A stretch of 63,871 bases of DNA, counting the filler, from Platydemus manokwari (lineage: Eukaryota): the NCBI GenBank assembly GCA_037951405.1. It is 6 parts of 6 records of this genome, joined end to end, with 100 filler letters (N's around TTAATTAATTAA, not from the genome) between each part and the next. Parts side by side here need not be neighbours in the genome. Positions count along the whole stretch, not along the records: positions 11,246 to 20,449 come from JBBMOY011283873.1; positions 20,550 to 29,304 come from JBBMOY011355204.1; 4 more parts are not named here. One strand, written 5' to 3'. This document shows, piece by piece, positions 12,461 to 25,624 of this stretch. The translations under genes and the position numbers were made by a program. Under the pieces are notes generated by a model, which saw only the letters and a program-made list of their open reading frames with translations, made no database searches and was not told the DNA's origin. The number at the start of each line of letters is the position of its first letter. The first letter of the stretch is position 1.

Positions 12461-13633
12461 TTAATTTTCCGCTAGCATGTGAAGTTTTGCTTTGAGCATC
12501 GATTTTATAGCTCGAGATCGTAATTCGTGTTCCAGATCGATAGGTTCTGCTTGAATATTGGGTTCCGATAAATTAGTGATGATGGGTATATTTGATTTTA
12601 ATATTTTATTATTAAAATCAATCGATTGATTTTGGAATTCTTCAATCTAGAAAATAAAGTGATTTGTTAAAATAAGCAGAAAACAAATACATTATATAAT
12701 TTGAAATTAAAAATAGAGTTATTTATATTTTCATAAAATTTATTATTTATCCTAACGAAGTTTTTATTGTCTTTTGTAATAATTATACGTTTACTAAATT
12801 CATCGCTGTCAATTCCAAAATGTGGTCCGCTATTAGACGGCTTTTATAGAGCATTTTGTATAATTAGCTGATAGGTGCATTCAAACCCATGTCATTTCGC
12901 ATTAAATATAAATAATTTATAACTTGAATGTGGGAACATAATTCAATAGATTTTGGTCACATATCTACTAATTTGACTCATCGTATATTTAATTATTTTC
13001 AGTTTATGTATTCAGCCTATTTTAAAATTATAGTAAATATTAAATATGCATAATAAAAATTATGAAAAGTCCAAATCCAAAACAAATTAAATTTCTGCAT
13101 AGTTTTACATTCTTTAATAAAATAATCCATGTTGATTCTCTAATATTAGAAGTTAAAAGAAATATAAAATTATTATAGAGTACTTCATAAGTGGTACCAG
13201 TTGTAGAATCAGGCTCCCCAAATATTGAGGAATTAGTCTGCAAAATGTTCACAGGAATCGAAGAAGGATTTTTTGATATAAACATTTCAAAATGTTCATC
13301 ATTTAAAATTCTTAAAATTTCCTCATCAGATAATTTAATTAATTCCAATAAACATTTATCCTTTATCTGAGTTAAAGTATAGCGCTGAAGAATATCTGGT
13401 ATCATTGATGCTATTTTCTTACTTCTTAAAGACTTAAATAATTCGTCAATTAATACATATTTATTGTTCAAATAAGCTTTTAACAAGTGCAATGTAGGTT
13501 TCACAGTTTGTATTTCTCTTGAACTTGATTTTCTCTTTCTATCGTGATTATGGTTAATATCTTTTCTAATAATCCTAGACTCGGATGTGGATTGTCTTCT
13601 TGATTTCTTTTTAACCTTTCTTAAAGAATTCAT
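12461..13633 (-). CDS. CAAP1: Caspase activity and apoptosis inhibitor 1 homolog
   Basis: Exon 13633-13184 encodes LKAYLNNKYVLIDELFKSLRSKKIASMIPDILQRYTLTQIKDKCLLELIKLSDEEILRILN (CAAP1 core). Exon 12646-12461 encodes IDLEHELRSRAIKSMLKA, matching the CAAP1 C-terminal LELEMRARAIKALMKA. The join is phase 0; extra small internal exons are possible. Confidence 0.85.
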
Positions 13634-14739
13634 TATTTTTGAATCTAGTATGTTTTTGAAATCAATTGATTTTAATTTTTTAAATATTCAAATTTTCAAA
13701 TGTCATAATCAAATTATTTAAACATTTTCAACATTTTTAGATTAATTAATGATCCATATGCTTTTTGTAATAAAATTCATATTAATTAGAAACTAATTAT
13801 AATTTAAATTATGCCTAAGAATTGCATATAAAGTTATTAATAATTGAATTTCAAAATTTTCATTTTATAATGTAAATATTTATTTTTATATAAGTTATCA
13901 TTGAGAAGAAAGTCCAGACTTGAAAATTGCAAAAAATGATAAAATTAATTAAATTACTAAATTATGTTTAACAATAAAAATAAATATTTCAACTTCAAAA
14001 AGAACCAAATTCAGAAATAGCAATTGTAGAACGAATGTAGTCTTACTAGGTATCCGAGCATCCATTCTTGGGTCGATATTAAATAGTAATAGTTATTTTA
14101 ATGTTGATTGCGATGCATGTGTTGTAATTGTATAGGAAAAAAGAAAATAATAAACAAAAATAAATATTCATAATTTCCAATAGAAAGTGATATATAAGCA
14201 AAAGGAAAATCGGTAAGATTGCTCACAAACAGTTCTAACGGTCATCCAATAAAAAATAGAAATAATTTAGAGGAAAAAAAATCAGTTATCAAACCAAATA
14301 CTATTTTAAATAATGATTATTATTATTATCAGAAAGTAGTTCACATATATCGTAAAATCTATTGTATTTTTAAAATCTATAATTCAATACAAAGGAGGTC
14401 CTCTATGAGAGCCTTTCCTCTGTGATTCTTATTTTTAACGTGCCATTGTAATTTTAAGTTATTGAGTAATTAATTAAGTTTGATTAAAATTTTAAAATCC
14501 TCGTTCATTTCACAGCAAAAAAATTTCAATTGGATTTTGCATTGCTAAGCAAGAAGGGTTACTGAGATGCATTTTTATATTTCATGTATTTTGAGTATCA
14601 AACAGAAAATCAATTAACTTTACTCAAAATAAGTATATATCAAAATATAGTTTTTGCCTAATTGGTTTGAACTTCATTTTCTGCATGTACAAAATTAGCA
14701 AATTTTCATTTTCTTTATGATCATCAGAATCAGATATTA

Positions 14740-14900
14740 GTTATTGACATACAAAGTTTATTAGAATCAATAATACTAAACTAGATACTGAGCCTGAGTT
14801 ATAATTTTCATCCAGTGTTTCCTTGCGGAACTCTTTATGTAAATGATATATTTATCTTCTCCTAGATCTTTCACGGACAATGATCACATCAACTGCTCCC
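14740..14900 (-). mobile_element. Possible LINE reverse transcriptase relic
   Basis: RVPQG (cf. GVPQG) followed downstream by LYVNN (cf. LYADD); heavily decayed. Confidence 0.35.
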
Positions 14901-16049
14901 GTTCAATCGTCACTTCACGAAATGATTGAAATGATGTGACTGCTGTTGAAATTGACTGCAATTGCTAGCCCATAAAACGAATTGATAATTTTATTGATGC
15001 TTGTAGAACCTGAGATGTGGAAGAATGAATTCCATTAATATTTGATTCTCAGCGATGTCGAGGACTAGATTGTACTTTACACGTAGATGATTATATAAAA
15101 AATAAAACAATGAAGTTGAAAATGTTTATTTACTATTGAATATAGATATAAATAAAAAACGTTTTATGTTACCAGGTTCTATGTTGTAAACTTTATTGTC
15201 CAGAAAAGATTAATAACCAATGTAAATGCAACTAATTCAATTCAACTCTACAAGAAAAGAAAGTATGTGAGAAGTGATTTCAGAAAATGATCAGTTATTA
15301 GGTTCTAACTGTGGGAGACCGAATAAGTTGATAATAATACTCTTTGCGGTTCTTGTTACAAAATGAATAAAATTTACTCATTATATTTTGATAGTTTCAG
15401 TCGTACGTCGATGAAAATAAATTCGTTAGTTGTTTTGAATTTTCTTGCGTTTACTTTTGTGCGATTTTCTACATTAAATCAACTGTTTTAATAACTGTTT
15501 TGCTATTAGGACTGATTGGTTGGTTGATTTATTAATATAATGTTTATGGCAATTTTTCCACATTGCTACTTGATACTATGGTAACTCTATTTAGCTATCA
15601 TGATATTTTCCATATTTATAAGTGATGCTAATATTGATTTAATGTTGTTATCTTTATTTTCACGTGCTATTTTTATTTATCGTTTCATAAATTATCATTT
15701 CAAATTATTTATTGTTGCTTTATTATATTTTATGTTAATTTTTCACATTTAAATGATTTCGAATCAATTTGAACAATTATAACCGATTTTTGTTTGGTTA
15801 TTTTGTAACTATAATGTAAAAAGACAATAAAATGCTTTACACATGCTTATTTTTGTAAAAATTATTACTGAATATTGAGTGCATTGAATTTTGTACAGTA
15901 TGATACAATATAGTATTTTGAAACAATTTATTATATTTTGGAATAAGATAAACAAGCAAATGACTATTGTTAAGTACTACATCAGATAACACACGCAACA
16001 CATCAATCGACAACAAATTTCTAGCCTTTCGAAGTAATCTATGGCCAAA

Positions 16050-16380
16050 AGATCAATATTCACAAGGATGTGAGTCACAAGAACCAGACTCGACATGATG
16101 TTGTAGCAGCATGTAGAGAAAATTCTAAAATGGTAGCCAACATAATGTCTAACTGTGACAGGGGAAGCAGAACACATGGAACTTTTCAAGTAGGAGAGAA
16201 GGTGCTAGCTCGGGTAGATCACCATAAGAGGAAGAAGAAAAAATGCCAGTATTAAGGCATCTACCGAATTACAAGATTCAAGTTAAACGGACAAGTATAG
16301 ATTCAATTACCTCATGCAATAAAATCCAGACGATTAGAGTGACTGAAACGATAGAGCAGGCTTTAACGGGAGACGAGTAG
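16050..16380 (+). mobile_element. Ty3/Gypsy integrase C-terminal relic
   Basis: TFQVGEKVLARV...QY*GIYRITRF...SRRLE*LKR then AACGGGAGACGAG. Parallels FTVGEEVLVK...YEGPHRILKF...RRIEWLKR and AACGGGAGGGG in the 10.4-kb copy. Confidence 0.7.
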
Positions 16381-17039
16381 CGTGGTTAAATTGTTGGAGT
16401 TTTGACAAATATACTGACAAATGTGACAAACAATCTATGTAATTATGAGAATACTTTATTTATTCTGTGTATAAAATTATTTTATGTGCAGTAAGTTATA
16501 ATTATATTGTTGTGTTGTAATTAAAATATTTTCAATTAATTTTCAGCTTGCGAAAATTGTAACGATTGTGACGAAATTAAGTTTTTATGAGGAGCTGAAA
16601 ACTGAAACATTTAGTTGTTATTGCATGAAGCAACTATTTTGTTACTTTTAGTTTATCGCAATGTAGCGACGTATTTTTTATTCATCGCATTGTAGCGATA
16701 TATTTTTTTTAATGTAACAGTAATTTTAATGTTATGTAAAAAGCCTACATTTCTGGAAAAAAAAACATATATTATTGTGTAATAATTTATTACGGTATTT
16801 ACTTGAAATAAAAATATATTTTATATATAAACTGATATAATTCCAACAAATATAATGTCGGGAAAAATTAAAGAGAATTCATGAATTAACGATGAAGCAT
16901 TTTTCTAAAAATTGCTTTAAAATATTTTATTCGCAGAGATTAAATACCGCCGACATAAAAACATATGTATAGGAGTTGAAATCATCACAATTCGCCCATT
17001 ATTTCATTGAAACCACTAGGCACTAGTGCGTTCGTGATT

Positions 17040-17350
17040 TGATTGTGAAACATTTCGAGAAAAATATTTGAGGATACATATTCGCCATAGAAGCCTACCG
17101 ATATATGCTCTTCGATTTTTTGATTTTGTTCTTGACAGGATATTAAGTGAGTTAGATTGATACTGGAAACTGATAATTGATATTATATATTGTCCAGTTA
17201 TATCATCGAATTATAGAGATTTATCTCACCATAAACTTTTACAGGTAAAGTTTCTTCTTCTTAAGTTAAAGTTAGCAACCGTTCTTTTTCCAGAAGTTGT
17301 AGGTGTCATCGTTTAAGTTTTTTGTCATTGTATGGTGTAGTTTTAACCAA
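17040..17350 (-). mobile_element. Possible Penelope-like GIY-YIG endonuclease relic
   Basis: NINYQF ... SCQEQ...RAYIG.RLLWRI resembles V.Y.F.C...C...YIG.T.R.L..R; frameshifted and weak. Confidence 0.3.
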
Positions 17351-20300
17351 ACAATTTGTGTATAATTTTATAGTTGTTGTAAGTTTCATAAATAATAAAC
17401 ATTACTGTATCGATTGTACGTTAAGTTGTTGATTAGATAGCATATATCGAATTTTGAGACTGATACTTGTAAAATATACCGATTGGATCATTGCTGCCTA
17501 TCATACTATCTCCACATAGTATTGATAGCGAGATGAAGACAGAAGAGTATATAAAAAGTTTTATAGAGTGTACCTTAAGGGGTTGATCAGAGCTCACGGA
17601 GACTGGTCAAGACAGCATTGATCCACAATAAATTATAGGATATAGATACTGATAATATAAATTAAACTAAAAACCCCAAAACACATCAAAATAAACAAAC
17701 ACTTCATATTTGTTTAAATAATTGATTGGCATATTAGTTTATTTTTTAAAATAAATGTTATGTCCGCGAATGTTAATGACATAATTGTTAAGTACAGTGT
17801 CAGGTAGACCCAAAAAGTTTAATTAAGTTATTAATTAAATTCTAAATTGTATCAATTTGTTAAAAATAAAAATTTCTGTTCAGTAAGCAACTGTTAATAT
17901 TATTCAAAACCATGGTGAAAAATTTTAGTTTACAGAATTGAAAACATTTCAACTGCAAGAATTTATATTAATAAAGTATCACATAATTTGATTATAAATG
18001 AAATTTGGGATTACTTTCAAATGAATCGTTATACACTCAAATTAAAAAACATGAGGTTCATTTCAATTTTCCAACAGTCAACCATAATATGTGAATTATA
18101 TTGTGAATGAAATCATTTAAAATTAGAAACTATTATTCAGTAATTTTGTCCGTAATAAAATATTTTAAACTAAAAGTAAATTAAATTTGGACTTTATTCT
18201 GCATCTTTATTAATATGATGTAAGTGACGAATCATTTAAACTACAATGACTTTCCTTCCGGGAAAACTTATGCTACTCATAGATGAGATTAATCAAAGAT
18301 TCTAATTTTATTAAATCTTATTCATTTTATTCTGCAGTAGCATGCTAAGGAAGAAAGATTTAATAAATTATGAAAATGCTATTTTTTCCCATCTTTCAAA
18401 TATAGTTAAATGGCTTAAATTATGATAAGTAAGAACCAGTTTATCTTCCAATTTTCATATCTAAATGAATTAATATAAGGAACTTTTCTTTTAGATTTTG
18501 CAATTAAAATTTGATTACGTAGGAATTTAGTATACCTTTTGTACAATAATAGTTTTTAGTAAAAATACATTCTGAATTTCCATTCCTATTGATTATTTTT
18601 TATCAATATAAATTTTAAAAAATTTATAATTAGTACGAATATAAATTAAGTTTAATTTCCATTAATGATGATTTCACTAATTGTATGGCATCGTTACCTG
18701 ACAGTATTAGACTTTTAAAAATCGGTCTCAAACGGTCTAGTTCGATGCCAAAACAATAGTTATCTTAATTTTATATTTCAATTTGAGCTTCAAACTTTTA
18801 AATAAAAAGATATCTCGATAAATTTTATGGAACTTTGTAAAAATAAATTTTTTATATTCAATATAAATCACAAAAATTCTTGAATTGACTGCTTGTTTAT
18901 TGCAAATGATTTCAAATAAATTCAATAAAATACTATTAAAATATAGATTCAATTTTTAAAATTCTAAAATAAACTTAAAAGATGAATTTCAAAACTAAAT
19001 ATACACAAAATAATAAATTTTGATACAAAATTACTTAATTACCTGTAAAAGCTTTCCATTTACACGGAAATAGAAACTATTACTTTATAAATAAAGTTCT
19101 ACCAATTGTACATAAACACGTATATAGAAAAATTGTTCAAATAAAATGAGCTAATATATTTACCCAGTTGTTTTGTTCTTTTACAACAACATCTTTGCAG
19201 TTAATATAATAAATATATTACTGACATAGCAATGCTATTTTCACTGTACCACACTGCTATTGTTTCCCGGTGGAAACAAGTCTTGCAACAGATAAATGTG
19301 TATGGCAATACTAAGAAGTTGGATAGGCATTTCAAGTTAGATATTTGTACACACTATTAAATAACAACGAATATCATTGTTGTACAAAAACTGTTAATCA
19401 AGATGCAAATGTTTCCTCTATACCATTTTTATTTTAAATAATTTGAAAATAACACGGAATGGGTAACATATAATGGCACAATATCATAACTGGTACCAAA
19501 CGGTTTCAAGTTTAGAAAATTGCGCTAAATTGCGTTGACACATATTTCGATGGGAAACTTAAGACTTTCTCCTAATATCATTTTCCCATTGAGGTTTCAA
19601 TCATATTCTCACAAACCACATAGGCCTTTTGACTGGTGTTGGAAAAAGAATTAATGTTTTAAAATTGTGAACAAACATACTTTAACAATTAGCTTTCTAA
19701 TTTTCCCAAAAACTGCTGGCTTTGAAAATTGTATTATCAGTGGTAAAAAAAGACTGATTATTAGACATAACATTACTCAATTCCTTATATGGCTTTAACT
19801 TTCTGTCTGACTTTGTTCAAATTCGTGTTATTCACAAAGTTACTATAATAAAAAATTCAGAGTAAAATATATTTATTAAAACAAATGATTACTAGGTTAG
19901 AAATCCCTTAATCAAAAAAGCTTAGTCCCAATAACAAATTTGAATTGACAGTACAGAAACCCGTTTTGGATAAAATACCTCATATACTGTTAAAGATGAA
20001 CGTCACACAAAAGTACAATTTTGGTACATTGAAAATCCTGTTTTAACAATTTGCACATATACATCCCACCGTCAAACAGGCTTAGCAGCCAGTCAATCAG
20101 AGGAGATATAAATTGAAGATTTCAATTTAGTAAACGATAACTAAGTTTAAAATACAAATACAAGTTGAAACCTTCACTTCAATTTTATAATTAAGCTATA
20201 CTATTGTTTGAATATCGACACAAAGCAACATGTTCAACTACACAATGGGTACTAGAACATAACTACTGTATTGATTACAATAATAAATATTATAACTTAG

Positions 20301-20449
20301 TTATATTCTCTCTTGAAGTAGTTAACATCTTTATGTGGTTATTTTCTTAAGTTCTTTTTAACTTATAGTGTAGCATAATAAAATCTGAAAGAATTCTAAT
20401 GAATATTAAATAATTAGAGAAAAATCAGTTATATTAATTATTATTCACT

Positions 20450-20549
20450 NNNNNNNNNNNNNNNNNNNNNNNNNNNNNNNNNNNNNNNNNNNNTTAATTA
20501 ATTAANNNNNNNNNNNNNNNNNNNNNNNNNNNNNNNNNNNNNNNNNNNN
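20450..20549. other. Artificial contig linker
   Basis: 44 N + TTAATTAATTAA + 44 N. Confidence 0.97.
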
Positions 20550-20715
20550 TTGTGTGTAATAAAAAATTTTCCAGATGAAAACAAAATAGTATGATTAATG
20601 TTTATGACGTAATCTAGTTTAAATAAAGGAAAATTAAATTATTTCATCATTTTAGGATTTTATAGTTGAACTGAAATAGTTTGTAATTTCGTTATTTTTA
20701 TTCAACGTCTTTTAG

Positions 20716-22168
20716 TTATCTAATAATGAAAGAGAAGACTTGAAGCATTTTCAGTATTGGGAATGTAATCATAAAACTAACATTTCTAATCGAATTCATC
20801 TTGAACAGGTATGTTTCATCACAGAATATTTTGATAAATAATGCTAATTTTTCTGTTATTCGTTTAGCATAGGTTCAATGTCGAAAAATTTGCAACAGTT
20901 GATCAAATATCGACAACTCTAAACAACCTTCGTTTCGTTCATCAAATTATTTTCGACCACCCACCAAAAGTTTTTTTCGATGCAGTCGATTACACTTTTC
21001 GAGCAATTGGTGAAAAAACAGTTGATATGAAGATATTCACATTTTTAATGAACACTTCATATGTTGTCGGTGTTCAACAGGTTATGAATCATGTTCGATT
21101 TGTTTTTGCTACACAATTCAATGAAAATAAATCTTATCTTTTTCTAGATAATGAATCGCGAAGAAATACTCTTATTACTTGAAATGACCAATTTTTGTAC
21201 TTCGTATTTCAACGATATGGATCGAATGAAGAATACGCTTTTCAATTTGATTCAAAAAGATTTGTCAACTGTAACGATATTGAGCTATTTAAAACTGATT
21301 TTAAATATCACTGACAACACAAATCAAGTGTTTCTCAGTGTCATTGATTTAGCCATGATTCTTTCAACGAGTTGTGATCTCACCAAATATAGTAAGGGTT
21401 GTCAGGCTCTTAGTGTTGTTAGTTGGGTCGCTCGTCACATTGATATAGATTCGGATATTAAAAGCAAGTTGTCCGTCTTGCCTCCAATTCCTACTTTATT
21501 TTTTTCGCCATCACGTATAAATCATTTCAGTCAGTTTTTAAAGGTAAAGTGTTTTTTTTTAATTGTTTTGAACTTATTAAAAATCAATTAAATACTAGTA
21601 GTCGACTAATTGTAGTGATCGTAATTTCAGTTCATTTTATTAGCCAATCAAAATAAAGTCACGTTTTAGGATCTTTTAAACAAGACTACTTTTAAATGAA
21701 TTACTTACAACTTTGTCAGTAGTATGTCATGATTTTTTTCAACATTGTTTTCGATGATATTGATATCATTATTATTGATGAAAGATAAATATTATTCAGA
21801 TATTTCGCGATAACAACACATTAAATAATGTTTTCCAGATATCACAAGCACAAATCAATGGATGCTGTCGTGACATGCAGGAATTTTATATCAAATATTA
21901 CACTCGTCTCTGTAACAGAAAAGTGCTTGATGAACAGAAAAAAATTAATCACACACGATCACACAAAATCGCTACCGATATCATATTGGAAGAAAGTGAA
22001 AACGAATCCGAATCCAAAGATTACTCCATCAGGCATCTGGGATATACATTCAAGCCTGGTCGACGTTTGTCGGCACCGAATCGTGTTGGTGATTGTCATC
22101 AATCGAGAACGAGATCGAAAGGTGGTCGATTGAGAAATATACGCAAATACAAATCCACCACACGATAA
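20716..22168 (+). CDS. Divergent cyclin, cyclin G/I-like (5' end unresolved at contig start)
   Basis: Phase-0 exons 20716-20808, 20868-21080, 21148-21543, 21839-22168. The peptide follows cyclin-fold spacing: LRFVHQIIFDHPPKVFFDAVDYTFR, NDMDRMKNTLFNLIQKDLSTVTILSYLKLI, CDLTKYSKGCQALSVVS, ISQAQINGCCRDM, then a basic tail. Confidence 0.7.
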
Positions 22169-22849
22169 TCTCTCATTGATTGCTCATCCGACCCATTCTC
22201 ACCGTTGAATTATCTTTGTGCATATTGTGAATATATTCACTGATTTTATTATCAGAATTTGTTCATTGTTTTTTCTCTATCTCTCTTTTTTATTGATTTA
22301 CCTTTCTCTCTTTCACGGTGGTTTCGCTAGTCGAATGATGAATGGATTTATTATTTCAGGTGTTAGCAATTTTTTTGTCAGTTATTTTTCTAATGTCAAC
22401 ATGCGATCGAAATATAAATTTGAATTTTTTTCAAATATTTAACGAATATCGATAATTTGGTGTATCAGATATTATTATTATTAAATGGCACCATAATTCT
22501 GTTATTGTCGTTAATCTCTGAGAATCTATTAGTTGATATGTGAGTGTGTGTGTACAAGTGTGTATGTGTGCTCGTTTATTGATTTGCAATCGAGATTATT
22601 TAACTGCATTGTTCGGTCGATTCCCGCTGTTTCAGTGAGATATATTTTTGTTGACTAATTTGAGATCAGTTTTTTTTTTGAAATACTGTTCAGTAAATAT
22701 TAATCTTTTCTCTTGAGAAATAATTTTAATTTGTTAATCAATATTAGATTCTCATTAATTTACCAATTCCATATTAAATTGAACTTACCAAATTTATATT
22801 ATATTAATATTAATAATGATTTACGAAAATCATTAAACGTCAATTTGAT

Positions 22850-25624
22850 ATGTTAGAAAATAAATCATTAAATTATATTCCGACTAAAAATGAGCTCGTG
22901 GAAAATTATTGGTTCATATCACCAGGTACTCTATCTTTATCGTTGTACAAAAAATGTTTGATACAGATAAGTACGGTATCGTATGAGGCAGATGAATTGG
23001 AATTTATATTCTTTATTTCCATTTCCAATTTAGTCAAACAACTCGAATTGTTTAGCTTTGATTTTACTCCGATTATGGTGCATATTATCAAGCAGCAATT
23101 GTCTTTTTTAAAGACAATTTGCGTGAAACAGAAATATTCTATTTTCTTCATCTCTATAACATATATCGATCAATTATCAAAAATTTTCCAATCCTTGATT
23201 GAACTGAAACGGTGGCGTTTTGTTGAACAGCAAATTTGTGTCGATGAAATTGAACGGATTTGTAATTTTTTTAAAACACGACTTAATTGTTGGTTTCAAA
23301 GTAATCAATTGAAGGCCTATCTCTGGAGATGGGGTTTTAAAGAAAATGTCAATGCTGTAATTTACTATTCTTTTCTTATTCCGAAAGTTCAGAAGTTTAT
23401 TGACCCAATGCTAAACAGCAGTAGTCAATACTTGGAGAAAATCGAATTACGATGTCAATGTTCAATATCATTAAATTTTAATATCGGACTTCATATGTAT
23501 GAATATGAATATTTTGTTATGGAGGTTGTTTTTGACGTTTACAGAGGCAAACCAATGGGATTTTTAGATATGCTAAAATATTTGATGAAAAGTATTCATG
23601 TGACACAGTATTTTGTCAAAAATTTGCGCACTATTCTGATAAAAGATTCATCGAAATTTGTTTTTATTTCCAATACACCTCTGAGAACTTTGCGGCTATT
23701 AGGTCGAAATTTGGAGCGAAACGAATCTATTGAACCATTTTTTAGTAAAATTGATTGTACAAAAATGATTTATTCCAAACATGTGTTGAGAAGAAGTCAT
23801 AGTTCTGATAGTTTTTCGGGAATAGAAATCTTTGGCGAATCTCTGAAATGTCAAAACATCAACTGGACTGCTGAAATGGATATATTTAATTATTGGAAGA
23901 CGAGAATTAAGGATGTGTGTATTGATGATTTCAAAGCTGAAATGACAAAGTTAAACCAATCATTTTGCTATTGGGAAATGATCTATAAAAAACTAATCAC
24001 ACCATCAACACAAGATGATCAACACGATTCTGATGAAAATAGAGTATTGATGGAGTTTAACAATTTGATCTCGAAATGTCAACAAAAATATGACGATCAA
24101 CAGGCTTTGATCAGTAGTGATTGCAATTTGTTGTTGAAAAAGGAAATAAGCAGACAGAAATTACAAGGATTTTCAAAAGTCGATAAAGGCGTTGATAATT
24201 CTGATCAATTATACTACCAAATGTTTTCTACCAAACAAAGTGATGAAACTAGTACACCATCACTTACTAATATGCGCTATTTGATGAGAAAACAAACAGG
24301 ATTACGAGAAACTAAAATCAAGTTAACAAAAAATGTGAGTACTTCGAGTTCGCGAGCTAATTTACTCACCGACCAAGCAATTTCTCATTTACACCAAAGC
24401 TCTATCAAATTAATGGAGAGTCGTCCAAGTCGGCTTTCATTGTTAAAAGATCAATATACAACAAATTTACAGATGGACTGGAAAATGCCAGAAGCTCTCG
24501 ATACGGCTTCCGACGTATCTGAAACGACTTTGAATAGAGTACGACCAACTCTAAGAACGAAAATAAATGATAAAACTGAAAAATACAAAGATGGTTGGAT
24601 GACGATTTTAAAACTCAATTATAATTGGGAAAATCTGAAAGAAGATTTAAATATCACTGATGAAAATTCGTATGATTGGTGTCCGATTGAATATTATAAT
24701 AATTTCAAAATAAATAATCCTATTCCACCACAACTGACAAGTACACCATTGATCAGTATTTTTCTTACATTACAAATGCTTACTGACAAAACTATTGTTT
24801 ACAATACACATTTCCGTGAACTTAACGAAGGAAAGAGCATAAATGTTCCAATTATTATGAAAGTAAATAAAACCAAATTGGAACCAACGTTTTTTGGTTA
24901 TTTAAATTTCAGGCATCAAATCAATAGTGGTTCAAAATTACAATTATTGATTTGTCAATTGTCGTTCGATATCTTTCTTTTATCGATATCTAGAATTGAA
25001 TTTCTTAAACTCATCTTTTCGCATCATATTGCAAGATTTGATTCTGTGATCCAATCACAGCCGGTAGAAATTATATCGAAAATTATGGAAATTCTAAATG
25101 TGAAAGAAACACTTATCGAATTGGAATCATTGGTCAGATCAGCAGTCGATTCTAAAGCATTAAATTTGGAAAAACTTGTTGAAACATCTAATGAATTATT
25201 GTTTTTGCATGAATTCTTATTCAATCGAAAATGCTGTAGTTGGATGGAACATAAATATTATGGAATTCGTATTATATATCATTCTATATTCATTGATGGA
25301 AATGCAAAATGTGTCGAACCATTTCTCCGTTTGCCCGGAGACAGAAGGATTCGTAAAATCGAAAATCGTTGTAATTCAATAATAGTCATGCGTGAAACTT
25401 TGCATACAGTTTTGAAAACTAAACGTTATCTTATTGAAATTTTCTATGATTTTTTTTCTGGTAATCATTTCTCCTGTATAGAATTAATTGGATCCATGAT
25501 TAATGATAATTATGGAAATGGCTCACGGCTTAAAGCACATAGAACTCTAATATGCTATCCTTCTGGTGAATTGTGGGTTTTACCAGATATTGAATGGTTA
25601 CGAGCTATTACAAATTATACCTAA
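22850..25624 (+). CDS. 924-aa uninterrupted ORF, unknown function
   Basis: A 2775-bp stop-free frame in very AT-rich DNA is very unlikely by chance. Composition looks globular with an S/T-rich middle linker. No TE or enzyme motif recognised. It could be a large terminal exon (possible acceptor TTAG at about 22853-22856). Confidence 0.8.
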   Translation: MLENKSLNYIPTKNELVENYWFISPGTLSLSLYKKCLIQISTVSYEADELEFIFFISISNLVKQLELFSFDFTPIMVHIIKQQLSFLKTICVKQKYSIFFISITYIDQLSKIFQSLIELKRWRFVEQQICVDEIERICNFFKTRLNCWFQSNQLKAYLWRWGFKENVNAVIYYSFLIPKVQKFIDPMLNSSSQYLEKIELRCQCSISLNFNIGLHMYEYEYFVMEVVFDVYRGKPMGFLDMLKYLMKSIHVTQYFVKNLRTILIKDSSKFVFISNTPLRTLRLLGRNLERNESIEPFFSKIDCTKMIYSKHVLRRSHSSDSFSGIEIFGESLKCQNINWTAEMDIFNYWKTRIKDVCIDDFKAEMTKLNQSFCYWEMIYKKLITPSTQDDQHDSDENRVLMEFNNLISKCQQKYDDQQALISSDCNLLLKKEISRQKLQGFSKVDKGVDNSDQLYYQMFSTKQSDETSTPSLTNMRYLMRKQTGLRETKIKLTKNVSTSSSRANLLTDQAISHLHQSSIKLMESRPSRLSLLKDQYTTNLQMDWKMPEALDTASDVSETTLNRVRPTLRTKINDKTEKYKDGWMTILKLNYNWENLKEDLNITDENSYDWCPIEYYNNFKINNPIPPQLTSTPLISIFLTLQMLTDKTIVYNTHFRELNEGKSINVPIIMKVNKTKLEPTFFGYLNFRHQINSGSKLQLLICQLSFDIFLLSISRIEFLKLIFSHHIARFDSVIQSQPVEIISKIMEILNVKETLIELESLVRSAVDSKALNLEKLVETSNELLFLHEFLFNRKCCSWMEHKYYGIRIIYHSIFIDGNAKCVEPFLRLPGDRRIRKIENRCNSIIVMRETLHTVLKTKRYLIEIFYDFFSGNHFSCIELIGSMINDNYGNGSRLKAHRTLICYPSGELWVLPDIEWLRAITNYT

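Noticed and set aside
22600-22680. Sm-site-like ATTTTTG followed by a T run (snRNA or SL RNA?)
   Set aside because: No convincing stem-loops or known leader; such motifs are frequent in AT-rich DNA.
22906-25382. Small overlapping or antisense ORFs inside the 924-aa ORF
   Set aside because: Shadow frames with no motifs.
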